Positions 25,944 to 39,960 are shown, numbered from the stretch's first letter. The stretch: DNA of 64,000 nt from Takakia lepidozioides (GCA_030704615.1 CM060733.1:10354001-10418000); one strand, 5' to 3'. Program-made: numbers and translations. The notes: generated by a model from the sequence alone, not told the origin.

Positions 25944-28237
25944 CTAGGCTTGTTGCACCCGTCGATCAACATCCCGCTGCAAATCCTTGCTCGTGCCCCA
26001 CAATGGAGTCTGAGCAACCATGGTAGGCAACTCTGTCATACCATACATGTCATCCTGCTCTCCCGGAGGTGGCACATCCTGTGAATGAGCGTTGCCCTCA
26101 AGCAACTCTCCAGGCCAACTCACTGCCGCTGTGAATGATGTTAGTGTCGGCATCTTGCCTCGCTGGGCAACCGCAACTCCTCCTATGAACGTCACAGGGA
26201 GCTGCACACGCCGGCCCTCCCCTGACTGCCATCTAGGCCTATAAGAAGCTGACTCCCCCCAAAAATCTAGGGTGAAGCCCATGGGATACAACACTGCCCC
26301 ACCAACAAGGACATCGTACGAGACCGCGTCTGTCACAATGGCCTTGACTCTTATCACTGAGCCATATGTAGGATGATCCGGCTATAGTTTGATAGCCAAC
26401 TCACGCCGTGTCATGCCCCGAGCCTGCTCTGATCCTCCCAAAGACGTCTGTATCTGGAAATGACAAGGCTCCATATCCGCCTCTGTGAGACCCAAGCCTG
26501 CAATAGCAGCTCTGCCCAGCATCAATGGCCGAACTCCTGAGTCCAACAAGACCCGCAGTGGCCGATACCTCTTGCCTGCCGATCCACTCAAACAGAAAAT
26601 GTCATCCTGGTTGTCCAACATGACAACTCCAGGTGTCACCATGGCGCACTCAATGGCTGGCCTAGCTGGCAGCTCCATCAACCTGGCAGCTGCAGCTTGC
26701 CATGGCGCCGCTGTGGCAGTCTTGACCCTCAAATCCGAGGATCCCTCCGGCACTACACCTCCCACTATCTCCGCAGAAGATGAAGTAACCTCCTCACTCT
26801 CACAGAGTGTAGCTGCCAGCCTGAACACCTCAGCTGGTCTTACCCCGGCGTCGCAATCATGGTAGCCGAGAACAATGGAGCCTGATACACAGATGTGGCC
26901 GCTCCTAGCAGCACACTAGCTGTCGTAGCCTTGGCAACACTAGGTAGTGGTGCTACCCTTGTAGCTCTCCCCAATGGCATAGTAATCTCCGCCTCGGTAA
27001 CAGTCGGGCGAGAACTAGGTGCCATGGATGGCGTCGATACTGTCTCCGCCAATGTAAATGACTGAGGAAGCCTAGCCTGACGGCTTGCCTCCCCCACGCT
27101 GTGGATCCAACTCCACCTCTGCACCTCGTGGCTTAGGAACTCGTGCTGCTCCTTGAGTCACGGCTGCAGCAGACTCCACCTGCACTAGTGGTAGTGCTGC
27201 TCCGCATATGAATCCCATGCCTCCCATATCTCCTCCCTCAGGAGCAGGAGGTGGACCATCCGGCCTTGGAGCCCAGTGTTATGGTTTGCATCCCGAGTTG
27301 CGCCCAGGCCAATTCCAAGGGAACAATGGTGGCCGGGGGCGAGGGGGAGCAGCCCAAAGAGGACGAGGTGGCCAGGCACAGGGTGTAGGCCAAGGGCAAG
27401 CTCAACATGGCCAAGGACGCTTCTTGACGTGGGGTCCTCCACATGTCCAATACACCACATCCGCCCGTTGTTGGCCTGCAAATGAAGGGAGAGACCCCTG
27501 CATTTGAGGTCCTCTCTACCCTTCCCTGAGCTTCACCTGAGCCCCTTTGTTGCCTTGAGCACGTTGAGGTAGTGGTTGGCTAAGAGCACCATTACCCCGT
27601 GGTGTCTCCTTAGCAAATCCCACCATGACCACTCGTTCCTCCACCATGTTGAGCTCTATCCGCTCTGCCAGCAAAAACACATTTGTTAAGGTGGGTTGGG
27701 CCGCTTGTAGGAGAGTTGCATCCCGCACCTTTCTCATCAGCTCCTTGTCCAATATCCCATACTAGAATTGGACTGCCTGAGCTTCCATAACCCCTTGGGT
27801 TATATTTATCAAGCGCCTCATGCGAGTGAAAGCCTCCCTCAAGCTCTCGGTCGGCTTCCGTTGGAACTCTTGCAAGTTCCGCAACTTCTCTGTCCTCACC
27901 CCTTGGTAGTTCCCTCTCAACTCTTCGAAGAACTCCACAACAGGGTTGAAGGCAGGCACGGGTACTAGTGCTGGTGCGGTAGTGGCTTGGGTGGACGTCG
28001 TAGCTACTGTACCACCAGTCCCACTAGTCCCACTGCTGCTTGCTGAAGCTGCCAATGCAGCGGCAGGTGTAGCCACTGCCCTCGTGGCTCTAGTGCCCCT
28101 AGTGATGGAGACATAGTCGGGTGACCAGTACATCCTCCACTCCTCGATCTCAACCTCATGCCCCCACCTGAACTCATGGTAATCATCCATAGGCGGCCCC
28201 TCAAGGTGCTGAAACAACCCCTTCCATGCCATGAAAG
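25944..28237 (-). pseudogene. Gypsy-2 gag (3' part) and aspartic protease
   Basis: FFEELRGNYQG...LQEFQRKPTESLREAFTRM (gag); RVLLDSG (protease active site); YDVLVGGAVL; broken by stops and frameshifts. Confidence 0.8.
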
Positions 28238-28457
28238 GGGGGCTGCTATTTCATGAGCGGCATGAGCATGAGCGGAAAAAAAAAAGCATGAGCAGACCAT
28301 TGTGAGTCCACGGAAATAGGGTTAGGAGGCACGGAAATAGGGTCATGTGAAGTTGGAATGTGGCACCAGTGGACTTGAAATGCAACATTTTATTGCAAAT
28401 TTTGTGGCAAGCCACGTCTATACAAGTGTGTTCTAACTGTCATAGCCGGAATGGGCA

Positions 28458-31400
28458 CTACTCTCCTACACCCTCCGAGGAACTTGCCCCACCTTCTTCC
28501 TCATCCCCCTCATCCCCCTCATCCTCCGAGCTCTGTGATGCATCAGTTCCACTATGCCTCTCAAAAATCCCGTCCTCTCCTTGGGGGACTGTCCACCTCA
28601 CCTCCTGGGAATCTTCTGCGTCTTCTCCCCCACTTTCCTCAGCAGAATCCAACACAAATCTACGAGCCCGACGGGCTCTAATAGCTGCTGCCTCCTCCCT
28701 CATCTTCATTTTCTTGAGGCTTGCCTCGTCTAAAATCTGCTGTACACGACTACGTTCGGAACACCTCCTAATGGACACCGAAGCAAGCCGGGCATAAGTA
28801 GGAAGGATGTACTCCCTTTCTGGACTAGGCATGAAATCCACCCTGGCAAAAAAATGCACGTTCCTCCTGCCCATGAACTCCGGTGTAGACGTCCCTCCGG
28901 CAGTACTTGGCATCCTGTAGTAAGAACAAATCCACTTGAAGAATGTCAATACCAGCACAACCAGAAAGGGTTTTCAATGAAATAAGAGAGCGGAGGGAGG
29001 TGCCTCACAAAATCTGGAGGCAACTTACAATGCCACCACTCACTCGTAAACCGGGGCTCCTCGGCCTCGATCCCAACTTCCTCCCCCTGCTCCTTCTCGG
29101 ATTTTTCCTCATCCTCCGAGGATGCCTCTTCCTCTTTCAGCAGACGTTCAGCCGCTGCAAGTTCCGAGTTGTGGAGGGCAGTATCTGGCTCGAAGGCGAA
29201 CACATGCCTGTCGGACAACGTCCCTGCCCACATTGAAGCACCTGAGGAACAAAGCGGGCGGTTAATAGCTTGCGGCATGCAATTGCAATGGGGCCAGGGG
29301 ACAAACTGAGCACGTGAAGGCTTACCCGTGCCGCATGTGAGGTCCAGAATCCGCCCTTGGACATCCGAGCACGTCTCCATGAGGGTTTGGATGAAAGCAG
29401 GGCTCCGGGTCCGGCTGTACCGCCACGGTTTGCCTGTCTTTGTGTCCTTCGGCATACTAGAGTGGGGCACATAGTTGTAGAGGACATCGTAGGTTACAGG
29501 GTCCACAGCGGCATCAACAAGACGACCGTCGTTGCGGAATTTGAACGTAGACCCTCTCTTCACAAAGCAATATGCCTCAAACACCAATGTCTGCACATCC
29601 AACAAAGAAGGGATCAATTCCAGGGTCTACTTAACATACACCTCAATATGAAGTGAATGCAATAGATTGATAACTTACACTTTGGCCCTCTGTTCGCAAC
29701 CCCTGCGTACTGATGCAGGACCATTTTCTGAGGAGGACCGGGGTGACACTTTTCGGTGTCCACCTTGCCACCGCATTCTCTGTGGTCTTCCCTCTCGTGG
29801 CAAGGACAACCACACATCCACCGTCATCCAGAAGCATCCCCGCCAGCCCAAACCCGGCTTTCCAGTAGTCCTCAGTAAACCTGTTCCAGGTGGGCACACC
29901 ATCCAGACCCTCCAGTAGCTCCCCATCTGGAATGTCGAGGAGAATCATGTCGCAAGCTCTCTCCACCTCAACCCCCCCCCGAGTGCTCTTGCAATTCGTG
30001 CTCACAGCCGTGAAGAATTCCATCATGGCTTCAAAACCAGGGGTGTCTTTAGGCTCTGTACCGGCAGCCCTCTTCTTGGCTTTCCCCTTCTGCTCCGCCA
30101 GAGACTTGTTGTGTGCCACCTTCTTCGCCCTGGCAGCGAGAGCGTCAAGGAAGCTCTCATTGACGCATTGGATGATGGTTGGAGGTTCTAGCTTTGGCCT
30201 GTGCGTAAACGTCACCGCCGAATACCGCCGTGTAGGCTCGCCCTCAAATGCCAACTTCTTGGCAGAGCCAGTCCCACTCCGAACTGACTTGGGAACCCGG
30301 ACGACCGGTGACTGGGTAGGAGCAACAGCAGTCGCAGGACCTTGAACAAAATCGGCGTCGGAGTCACTCTCTTGGGTCCCCTCCTGCGCCTCCTCCGCCG
30401 ATGGTTTTCTTCTTTTTGGGTGTTACTGCAGTCACCTGTTTCCTTGTCCTTTTCCTTTGACCTTTACTCTTCTCATGCAATTTCTCTTGAATTCCTGCCT
30501 GAGCAAGCTCTGCCGCTTTCCTGGAGTTCGCAAGCGCTTTTGCCTCTTTTGCACCCAACGGAGGCAGCGGAGCCCGGTTTCGTCGGAATTCAGCATCCAG
30601 CTTCAATTGAAACTCGGATGGGTCGAGCGAGCCGGGCGGAAGGTCCACATACCAAGGGCAATCACGCAAATGTTCCAGATGCCACTCCTTCACAATATCG
30701 TCAGTGTACATGGAGTCAGCCCCAGGGTTCCTCCATGCCAGGAAGAATGGTGGCTCGAAAGACAGATGACCTTTCTCCAAAAGGGAGAACTTACAGTACC
30801 TGCATTCATGAAAAACACAATGAGGTCCGAAAATGGCTAAGTCCCTGAACGGCAATAGGGCCTACAACTGGAATATGGCGCCGAATTTCCACTTCAGGGC
30901 CACCCAGTCTAGGGACTTAGCCCGAAAATGGCTAAGTCCCTGAACGCCAATACGGCCTGGAACTGGAAAATGGCGCCGAATTTCCAGTTCAGAGCCAGCC
31001 AGTCTAGGGACTTAGCCCGAAAATGGCTAAGTCCCTGGACGGCAATAGGGCCTAGAACTGGAAAACGGCGCCGAATTTCCAGTTCCGGGCCAGCCACCCT
31101 AGGGACTTAGCCCGAAAATGGCTAAGTCCCTGGACGGCAATAGGGCCTAGAACTGGAAAACGGCGCCGAATTTCCAGTTCCGGGCCAGCCACCCTAGGGA
31201 CTTAGACCGAAAATGGGTAAGTCCCTGGACGGCAATAGGGCCTGGAACTGGAATATGGCGCCGAATTTCCACTTCAGGGCCAGCCAGTCTAGGGACTTAG
31301 CCCGAAAATGGCTAAGTCCCTGAACGGCAATACGGCCTGGAACTGGAAAAGGGCGCCGAATTTCCAATTCAGGGCCAGCCAGTCTAGGGACTTAGCCCGA

Positions 31401-34400
31401 AAATGGCTAAGTCCCTGGACGGCAATAGGGCCTAGAACTGGAAAACGGCGCCGAATTTCCAGTTCCGGGCCAGCCACACTAGGGACTTAGGCCGAAAATG
31501 GCTAAGTCCCTGCACGGCAATAGGGCCTAAAACTGGAATATGGCGCCGAATTTCCACTTCAGGGCCAGCCAGTCTAGGGACTTAGGCCGAAAATGGCTAA
31601 GTCCCTGAACGGCAATAGGGCCTGGAACTGGAAAATGGCGCCGATTTTCCAGTTCCGGGCCAGCCAGTCTAGGGACTTAGCCATTTTCGGAACCCTGACT
31701 GGAAATTCGGCGCCATTTTCCCTAACACCACTTGAGGCCTCTAACATCCTGAAATGCCAGGACTTGAAAGAAAGGCAGCGCGTATGTATTTGTACAGAAG
31801 GCGCATTGCTGCTTTGTCCGCGTTCGGCTGGTCGGTGAACTCGTGGCTCCGGCGAGCATCTGCTATCTCCCGAAAGAATAGGTTGGTTTTGTAGAGCAGA
31901 AAGTACCTCGTCACATAGTCACGTAGGCTCTCTGCTGCAGGAGATATCTCCATCTTGAACTGATGTGCTTGTGTGTCCAGCTGCTCTTGCGCATTCGTCG
32001 TCACCTGTGGAGATTGTCCATCAGATCGCTTTCCTCAAAAAATACAATGAATCCACCCCCTACTAGAGTAGAAGCCCCAAACGAAGCGTGGGGAAGTACC
32101 TGAAACCACCATGTCATGCGGTTCATCCACATGTCGAATGTGGGGTCAGAGAGTTTGTCCGGTTTGGGGAAGCTCCACATGTCCCTGGTACTTTGGGTAC
32201 CATTCCAGATTTGGAGCCACCGGGTCTGTCCAACCACCCAGCATATTCGTAAGCGCCAAACACCACAAAAAGGAGTTGTTGCCACCACAATTTTGTTAAG
32301 AATGTATCACCTTTTCTGTTGCATCCACACAGGATGTGGCTAGACGATGGAGCTTCTCCAATGTCATCGTGGGCTTCAGAGCGTGAGAGTAGTGCTTCCC
32401 CACCTCCACCAGAAAGTCGGCACCAAGGGCGGGATCAGCTATGGCCACGTACTTTACCATCCGCGACTTGTACTTTATGCGGGCCCTCACCTCCGCAGCT
32501 TTGACATACGATTCGAGTTCCGAGAGGGTTGGATTCTTCTCCTCTGACTCCATGTAGAACCTCCGCGCATGTGCCAAATCCTGCTGTATTTTCGTCTGTC
32601 AAGAATGCGCACATAAGATTAGAGATCCTGCTCAACACAATTTCTTCTATTGGGGGAAGAGAGACAGATTAGCTCAACAAAACTGTCAGGAGCTTTACCC
32701 GAAATATGTAGTCCACCATGGCGTCGACGCTCAGCCTATACCAGGTTCCGTCTGCCTTTGCCTCCGACTTGCGCATGAGGTCGGCACTGAGGGAATTGGC
32801 AAACTCTTGCACCCCCTGCTTCCTGACATCCTTCACTCGGAAGAGCATATGGGACAAGTTGGTGGCAATGAAGGCATTCTCAGTCACCCTGCAGTGCCAC
32901 ATTTCCATCAAACAATACTGAAATGGGAATTTTCATCATATATGAGGATTCGCAATGAAATGACTTCCAAATTCAAAGTCCAAAAGCGAGAGGGGTTGTA
33001 GCTTACGAGTTGATGTCGGCCATGGCAGCTTTGAGAAGACTGCGATCTTTGGGCCCCGCAACCTTCAGCACAACACAATCGACGGTGAAATGCCAATCGA
33101 GATCGTTGGGGTGGGCTTGGGCAATGTGCTCCATCCATGCCAGGAGGCGATGATTGCCGTCCCACACGTAGAACATCTTACCGGACATGTGCTGGAAAAG
33201 AGAATCACTAGCAATCGATCTCTCGAACTCCTCATTTCGCGTTTGCCAATGGGGACCCCATTTGTCCACCTCATCGGAAGTGTGGGCATGGGAAGCTCCG
33301 TGGTCGTTCTCAATGGAAACATAAAAGGCGGCAGACCCCATTCGATATCCATCCCGGAAAGAGAATTTCAGCTTGTCGATATCGCCTGGGAGGGCAGGTC
33401 TCACCACCTGCAATGACACCAAGCGGCAAAGGGGAATTCGAAGCTTGGCCGGGTACACCATGCCCCCAGCACCCTGCCAATGTTGCTGTGGGTTGCCTCC
33501 AACATCTTGGCAGCAGCCAACTTCATATCCGCCTCAGACATGACGTCTGCTGCAGAGGGGTTTTCCGGCAGCCCACCAGGACCGCCAAATCCAGCCTGTA
33601 TGCTCCGGGTTTGGGGCCTGGGGATGTCCGGGAGGATGTCATCCTGGTCAGAAACCTCCATGTCGTCCTCCTCAACAGGGTCAGCCACCTGCGAAACCAC
33701 CTCCAGCACTCTCGTCGTCTCTACTGCCCTCTCCCTGGCTTCACCTCGAACTTGCACAATCCGTGCTCTTTCAGGTGTTCTTTCCTCTCCTCCACTCTCC
33801 AACGTATGGGTAATTGCGGGGGCTGCTCTTGCCCGCGATGGTCTAACCGGTATGCTACTGCCTCTATGTGGTGTCTTGTAGGGATCCACCGTCTCTGTGG
33901 GTCCCTCGCTTACATTGGCATCTGTCATTTGGGCACCCCTGGCCTCTTCAGCTGCCTTTGTCTTTCCTCCTGGCTAGCATTCTGTCTCGTCTGTTCTTTT
34001 GCCCTCTATTTTGCCCTCTCACGGGCTTTCTGTTTCTTACTAGGGCTAGCAGCAGGGGAGCCCTCCAGGACGACCACCTTTGATTGAGGCGAACTGACAC
34101 CCTCGCGCGCACTGCTCACTCCCCCCTCCGCAGTCCGTGACTGCTCTCTCGCCGGGGATTGCATGTGCTTAGCTTTCTTCTTTTTCTTTGCGTGGGCGGG
34201 CCCTACTGCATGTGCATGAACAACCTCCATTGCCGGATCTGCTGTCCTCATGTCCTCACGCCCTTCACCTGCCATGCCGCCTGCACCAACCTCCCCAATG
34301 CCTACTCTGTCGTAATCTCGTTGCAAGTCCTCCCGTCCACCAACAAAAGGTTTAAGTTTGCCCTCTCGCCCCAAGTTGGGCGATTCAAACATGCGATGAG

Positions 34401-34422
34401 TTGGAGCTGTCGATGATACCAC
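28458..34422 (-). pseudogene. MULE accessory gene (multi-exon): low-complexity N-terminus, ParB/Srx-like domain, helical region, beta-class N4C/N6A DNA methyltransferase-like domain, acidic tail
   Basis: FYVWDGNHRLLAW (33147-33161); CDMILLDIPDG (29925-29936); DYWKAGFGLAGMLLDDGGCVVVL; FEAYCFVK; RSPAFIQTLMETCSDVQGRILDLTCGTG|ASMWAGTLSDRHVFAFEPD across an 84-bp GT-AG intron (29242-29325); several frameshifts. Confidence 0.75.
30826..31720. repeat. Tandem array of ~9.5 x 95 bp, within an intron of the MULE accessory gene
   Basis: Units start at about 30909, 31004, 31099, 31194, 31289 and onward; each has two hairpins (AGGGACTTAG/CTAAGTCCCT and GAACTGGAA..GGCGCCG..TTCCAGTTC). Confidence 0.95.
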
Positions 34423-35194
34423 CAGCGTGCCGGGCTCGTCGTCACTCTGTCATTGACAAAAATCGTGAAAACCAACATCGGTGCAAAAAGCAGCATCGCA
34501 ACGAGCAGCGCAACCACCATAGCAACAATCATGTAGCAAAAATGAAAACATAACAAGTTTAGGAAGTATGGAGAGCCATGCAACAACAATGAAAACAAAT
34601 GCAACCATTGCCTAAGAATGACATGCACAAGCAGCCTTCTCCAGAGCTGCCGGATTTGCACACGCATTGCAAACAATCTAAGGTTCACTCAACTATCTAA
34701 AGTTCACTCATACAGCAAAGCCAGGATGAAGATGCAAAAACAAAGCGAGGTAACAAAGCGAAAGCAAAAAATAAATCGAACAAACCGAAAGCAGAAGTGG
34801 CTTGCCTGAGAGTACTCGGCTTCAGTTGGCGCAGGTTGTGAGCAAGACACTGGAATCTCCTGCTGGAGCTTTAGTTTGGCCATGCGAGAGATTGGCCGTC
34901 GTCCGTAGTACAGAGCTTTCAACTTCCGCCGCGGTCTGGATGTGAGGTCTCTCTCAGGAGAGCCACGCCCTTCAGGCGGCATAAGTCCCAGCCAAAAAGA
35001 TCTCTTTTTTTGGGGTACATGCCTGGAATACCATGTTAAGCCAAGTTTAGCATGAGATTTAGGGTACGTGTCCAGGAAGCCATGCGTCGCCAGCCCGAAT
35101 AATAACCGACGGCCGTCGACATTTATTGCCCAACTGCGCAATTAAATGTCGGATGAAGCCCTCCATGTCGGATGAAAATCGACGTAAACAGTCC

Positions 35195-35468
35195 CGGAAT
35201 TTCCAACGTAGAGGTAATTCGGAGCGCTCCACGATGGAATTCCGGCGCCGGATTTCCATCCTGCAGGTAATTCGGAGCGCAGCAGGATGGATATCCGGCG
35301 CCAAATTTCCATCCACGGAGGAAGGGCGGCGCTGGAAATTTCCCTCACGCAGGTAATTCGGAAGCGCGCGGATGGAAATCCGGCGACGAATTTCCATCCA
35401 GCCAGGTAGGGCGGCGCTGGAAATTTCCCTCACGCAGGTAATTCGGAAGCGCTCGGATGGAAATCCGG
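35195..35468. repeat. Palindrome array (GGATGGAAAT.CGGCGCCGAATTTCCATCC); left part of the central array
   Basis: Same units as 38212-38400; the two parts are separated by a 2.7-kb insert. Confidence 0.85.
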
Positions 35469-36394
35469 GGACCATACGATCATGGTTGAGTATTGACATG
35501 AAATGGTCTATCATTGGTACCACTTCTATGGTGATCCATTAAAATATATAAGTGGTTTGTGCACCTGCGACAGACTTTGAAGAACAGACAGTGTTTAGAT
35601 CATTATATGATGATGTTATTGAACAGATGGTTCTAAACAATAATATTTATTCTGAATCTGAATCACAATATTCACTCTCTGAAGCATTTTCCTCAACTGG
35701 AATAGCGGTTGGCTGCACAAATGCCGCTTGAATGGTAGCCAACATAACCAGCTCTTGTAACCTTCATTTCGACATGGATGCAACGCAAAATACTTTATGA
35801 TGCCGAAATGATGGAACTTTACAGCCAACGCCTCATTGTTATGTTGGACTTTGGCAAGCTCAGCATTTGTTTCCCTGGGCGTTTTCCATGCTAGCTCCCA
35901 AGATGGAGGAATGAATTGATCCCCAACCGAATTGTACCATACCCTCCCTGTTTGGGCGCGTCAAGTTATTGTATCTGTGCGTTCAATGCCGCATCCGCGG
36001 ACGAGGACCCTGCCTTCCATGGGAGTGGTTTCGTACGTCGTTTGGCGTGGGCCTTTGCCATGTCAGACCACCAATCCACAAGCACAAACAACTCCTCCTC
36101 CGAAGTTGGCATGCGACCTTCAGCTACAGGTGTTCTCGTAACAAACTTGTCCATGGTTTGCCTCAAATTCTATGTGGCATCATGGGTCTGGTCCGCCATC
36201 CATTTCGTGAACTGGAACTTCGCCCTGTCCTCCTCTCATTCATCCCCGGCCAAAGCTTCCCTCATTCTCATCTCCATATTGTGCTGGAATCTAAGGAACC
36301 CCTCATTCCCATGTCGGACATACAAAAGATTCAAACGCATTATGTCATGGTCCTTCAAATAATCCAGCACTACACAACTACAGATTAACGTTTT

Positions 36395-37059
36395 TATGAC
36401 TACGGGTGATATAAACCTTGGTAATCATGACTATATGTGTGATTACGAAGTGATTGAACCCATTGTTGGGCAAATTTTAATATATTTTAATCTAATGTAG
36501 TCATACGTTTTACTACATGACTAGGAGCCACGGTCAAACAGTGTTGACCAAGAACATAGGCTTGGTTTATATAACTAGTAGTCATACGCAATACTACACG
36601 TTAGACACATGCCACGTAAGCTTATGACTACACCACTACTACACATTGATGACATGCCATATAAGCTTATGACGACATGACTACTGGAGGTTTCACATCT
36701 CTGTTTCTATGATTACATCATTACACGTGGCATCTTAAGGCGTATACATGAATGGATTCTTCCATTGGATGACCTCATCCATCTATCTTTAATGAAGCAC
36801 TTGTCATATGAGAACATGTGTCCATTTGATATTGGCAAAATATTGGACCTGGAAATCTAAGCAGTTTGCAGTTTCACTATGTAGTGGCGTGGGCAAATAT
36901 CACGAAGTAGTAAGTAGCATACTTCATTGAGTCATGCAGTTTGCAAACTTCAAATTGACTTGTAATCGTCGTCCCTGTTTGCAGTCTTCAAGTGTACAAT
37001 TTGATACATTCCCCCCTTCATGACATTGGTATTCGACTATACAACGAGTTCTTTTAGTG
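36395..37059. mobile_element. Probable CACTA terminus inside the MULE central insert
   Basis: Dense GACTAC/GTAGTC subterminal motifs ending ...GTTCTTTTAGTG, with an abrupt switch to PPR sequence at 37060. Confidence 0.5.
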
Positions 37060-37330
37060 ATGCTGAAGCCGGACAAGGTCACAATTGGTTGCGTTGCAAT
37101 GAATAGGCGAGCTTGGTAGCCCTGAAATTGGACAGCCTCAAAATGGGAATAGTACGAGAGGTATTTGTTCTAAATTCTACCTGGGTAGACATGTATTTTG
37201 AATGTGGTAGCATCAAGGATGACAAGGGAGTGTTCGATGATATGGCCAAACAAGATGTGGTGTCTTGGAATACAATGATCGCAGGATATGCCCAACATGG
37301 TTGTCATAGGAGGGAGGCCCTACAAGTAAT
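37060..37330 (+). pseudogene. PPR gene fragment
   Basis: VDMYFECGSIKDDKGVFDDMAKQDVVSWNTMIAGYAQHG. Confidence 0.85.
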
Positions 37331-37807
37331 TATAGGCATTCACTATGTCATTTCCCCAAAAAACCACCAACTGCCGAGGGCGGCGGTACCTCCATTCTCT
37401 TCTCCTCTCTCCCCGTTTGTCGAGGGTTTTTGCCATGTAAGAGTCTGTTCATACCAGTGCATGGTTCTCCCGTTCTAATTCCACAGTGAGAATAGAGGCA
37501 TCTTATGTCAAGAGAGGTAGGGGCAAATTTACTTTGGCAATGATGATGGCCTAGATGAAAAATATGGATTGTTGCTGGTGCCAGCTCTAGAGGTCTGTCA
37601 GTTGTGGACAAGGAGGATTGATATGCGATTGATATCCAGTAGCATGCCATATTCTCTGTTTCACTGTAGGCAGCAACCCAAGGCCCATCTGATGCCAAGC
37701 TGCCCTATTTAATCCAGCCCTGAACCACATAGTTCCCTTTCAATCTCTTCCTTCTCTTCATTTTTGAAAGGTCTTTTCTAAACTGTGAGAAGTTGCTGGA
37801 TTGCAGG

Positions 37808-37872
37808 GTTGTGTGTCATACCCCCCAATTCAACACTCATATTTGATGTTGAGTTTGTGGGCAAAGCGAAAG
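37808..37872 (+). pseudogene. FKBP-type peptidyl-prolyl isomerase last-exon fragment
   Basis: After ttgcag the sequence reads GLCVIPPNSTLIFDVEFVGKA, the FKBP C-terminal signature IPPNSTLxFDVE. Confidence 0.7.
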
Positions 37873-38211
37873 AGCCTTGTTTCTCAACGACTACCAGCGA
37901 GACATATATCACTGGTAAACATGTCTCTGGGAATTTGCGAGGTAGCCTATACTATATGCGCACACAAATGCATGCATATGGAGGAATGTATGCGTGCATA
38001 CAAATTTTAGATATGCATAGGAACAATTTTATATGCACAACACATAAATAAGGGTACCCAAAAAATAAAATAAAATTGTGATTCATCTAATCTTAGGGTC
38101 CATAGTCAAAATATCAAAGGATGGAATAAGAATATTCTATATAGAATATTCCATATTCATTGTATTATTATTCCACATGGATGAGTGTAGGAATGGGAGA
38201 GGAACATGTTG

Positions 38212-39960
38212 CTTTGGAAATTTCCCTCACGCAGGTAATTCGGAAGCGCGCGGATGGAAATCCGGCGCCGAATTTCCATCCGCGGAGGAAGGGCGGCGCT
38301 GGAAATTTCCCTCACGCAGGTAATTCGGAAGCGCGCGGATGGAAATCCGGCGCCGAATTTCCATCCGCGCAGGTAGATCGGTGCGCCAAATTTCCCTCAA
38401 GCAGGTAATTCGGCGCCGAATTTCCATCCTGCAGGTAATTCGAATCCCGGATGAATGGAAATTCGGCGCCGAATTTCCATCCAGCAGGTAAGTGGAATCT
38501 CGGATGGATGGAGATTCGGCGCCGAATTTCCATCCAGCAGGTAAGTCGAATCCCGCATAGATGGAAATTCGGCGCCGAATTTCCATCCAGCAGGTAAGTC
38601 GGATCGGTGTCGTATGGATATTCGGCGCCGAATTTCCATTCGCCATGTATTTCTGAGCGAGGAATTACCTTCGTGCAGGTAATTCCCATATAAGAATTAC
38701 CTTCCTGCAGGTAATTCTGGACGAGGAATTAACATCGATTGGAATTACCTGCAGGAAGGTAATTCTCATCTGGAAATTACCTGCACGAAGGTAATTTCTT
38801 ATATGGGAATTACCTGCACGAAGGTAATTCGTCGCTCAGAAATACATGGCGAATGGAAATTCGGCGCCGAATATCCATACGGCACCGATCCGGCTTACCT
38901 GCAGGATGGAAATTCGGCGCCGAATTTCCATTTATGCGGGATTCGACTTTCCTGCTGGATGGAAATTCGGCGCCGAATTTCCATTCATCCGGTATTTGAA
39001 TTACCTGCAGGATGGAAATTCGGCGCCGAATCTCCATTCATCCGGTATTTGAATTACCTGCAGGATGGAAATTCGGCGCCGAATCTCCATCCATCCGAGA
39101 TTCCACTTACCTACTGGATGGAAATTCGGCGCCGAATTTCCATTCATCCGGGATTCGAATTACCTGCAGGATGGAAATTCGGCGCCGAATCTCCATCCAT
39201 CCGGGATTCCACTTACCTGCTGGATGGAAATTCGGCGCCGAATCTCCATCCATCCGGGATTCCACTTACCTGCTGGATGGAAATTCGGCGCCGAATTTCC
39301 ATCCGGGGGATGGTCTCTGTCGGAGAGGTGCCGCCTCTCCGCCGCTCTGTTGGATATTCGGTGCCGAATTTCCGTCCCGGGGGTTGAAATATGACGGCCA
39401 GGTGCCGACCTCTCCCTTCTCCCCGACTGCATTGGAACGGCCCCGAATTGAAATTCGGCGCCGTTTTCCCATCTGTGGAGGTTTTTTTGTCGGCCAGTTT
39501 TCGGTCTGACCCCCCGACAAGACTTCCTTTGGGGGGGCCCGGATGGAAATTCGGCGCCGAATCTCCGTCCAGGGGATGTTCTCTGTCGCACACTCGCCGG
39601 CCTCTGTGCCCGAGGCGACTTCATCCGGGCGTCCCCTGTTCGATATTCGGTGCCGAATTTCCGTCCGGGGTTGAAATGTGACGGCCAAGTGCAGGCCACT
39701 CCCCCCTCGCCGACTGCATCCGAACCGCCCCGGATGGAAATTCGGCGCCGTTTTTTCCATCTGGGGATGTTTTTATGCTGTCCAGTTTTCGGCCTGACCC
39801 CCCGACACGACTCCCTTTGGGGGGCCCGGATGGAAATTCGGCGCCGAATCTCCATCCAGGGGATGTTCTCTGTCGCACACACTCCGGCCTCTGCGCCCGA
39901 GGCGACTTCATCCGGGCTTCCTCTGTTGGATATTGGGTGCCGAATTTCCATTCGGGGGTA
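38212..39960. repeat. Central palindrome array of the MULE, with a long inverted repeat centred near 38745
   Basis: >20 copies of GGA(A/G)ATTCGGCGCCGAAT(T/C)TCC, mostly in ~59-bp units; mirror-image arms at ~38440-38710 and ~38780-39050. Confidence 0.95.

Noticed and set aside
30826-31720. Palindromic regular repeats resembling a CRISPR array (also 38212-39960)
   Set aside because: No unique spacers, since whole units repeat; no cas genes; eukaryotic TE context
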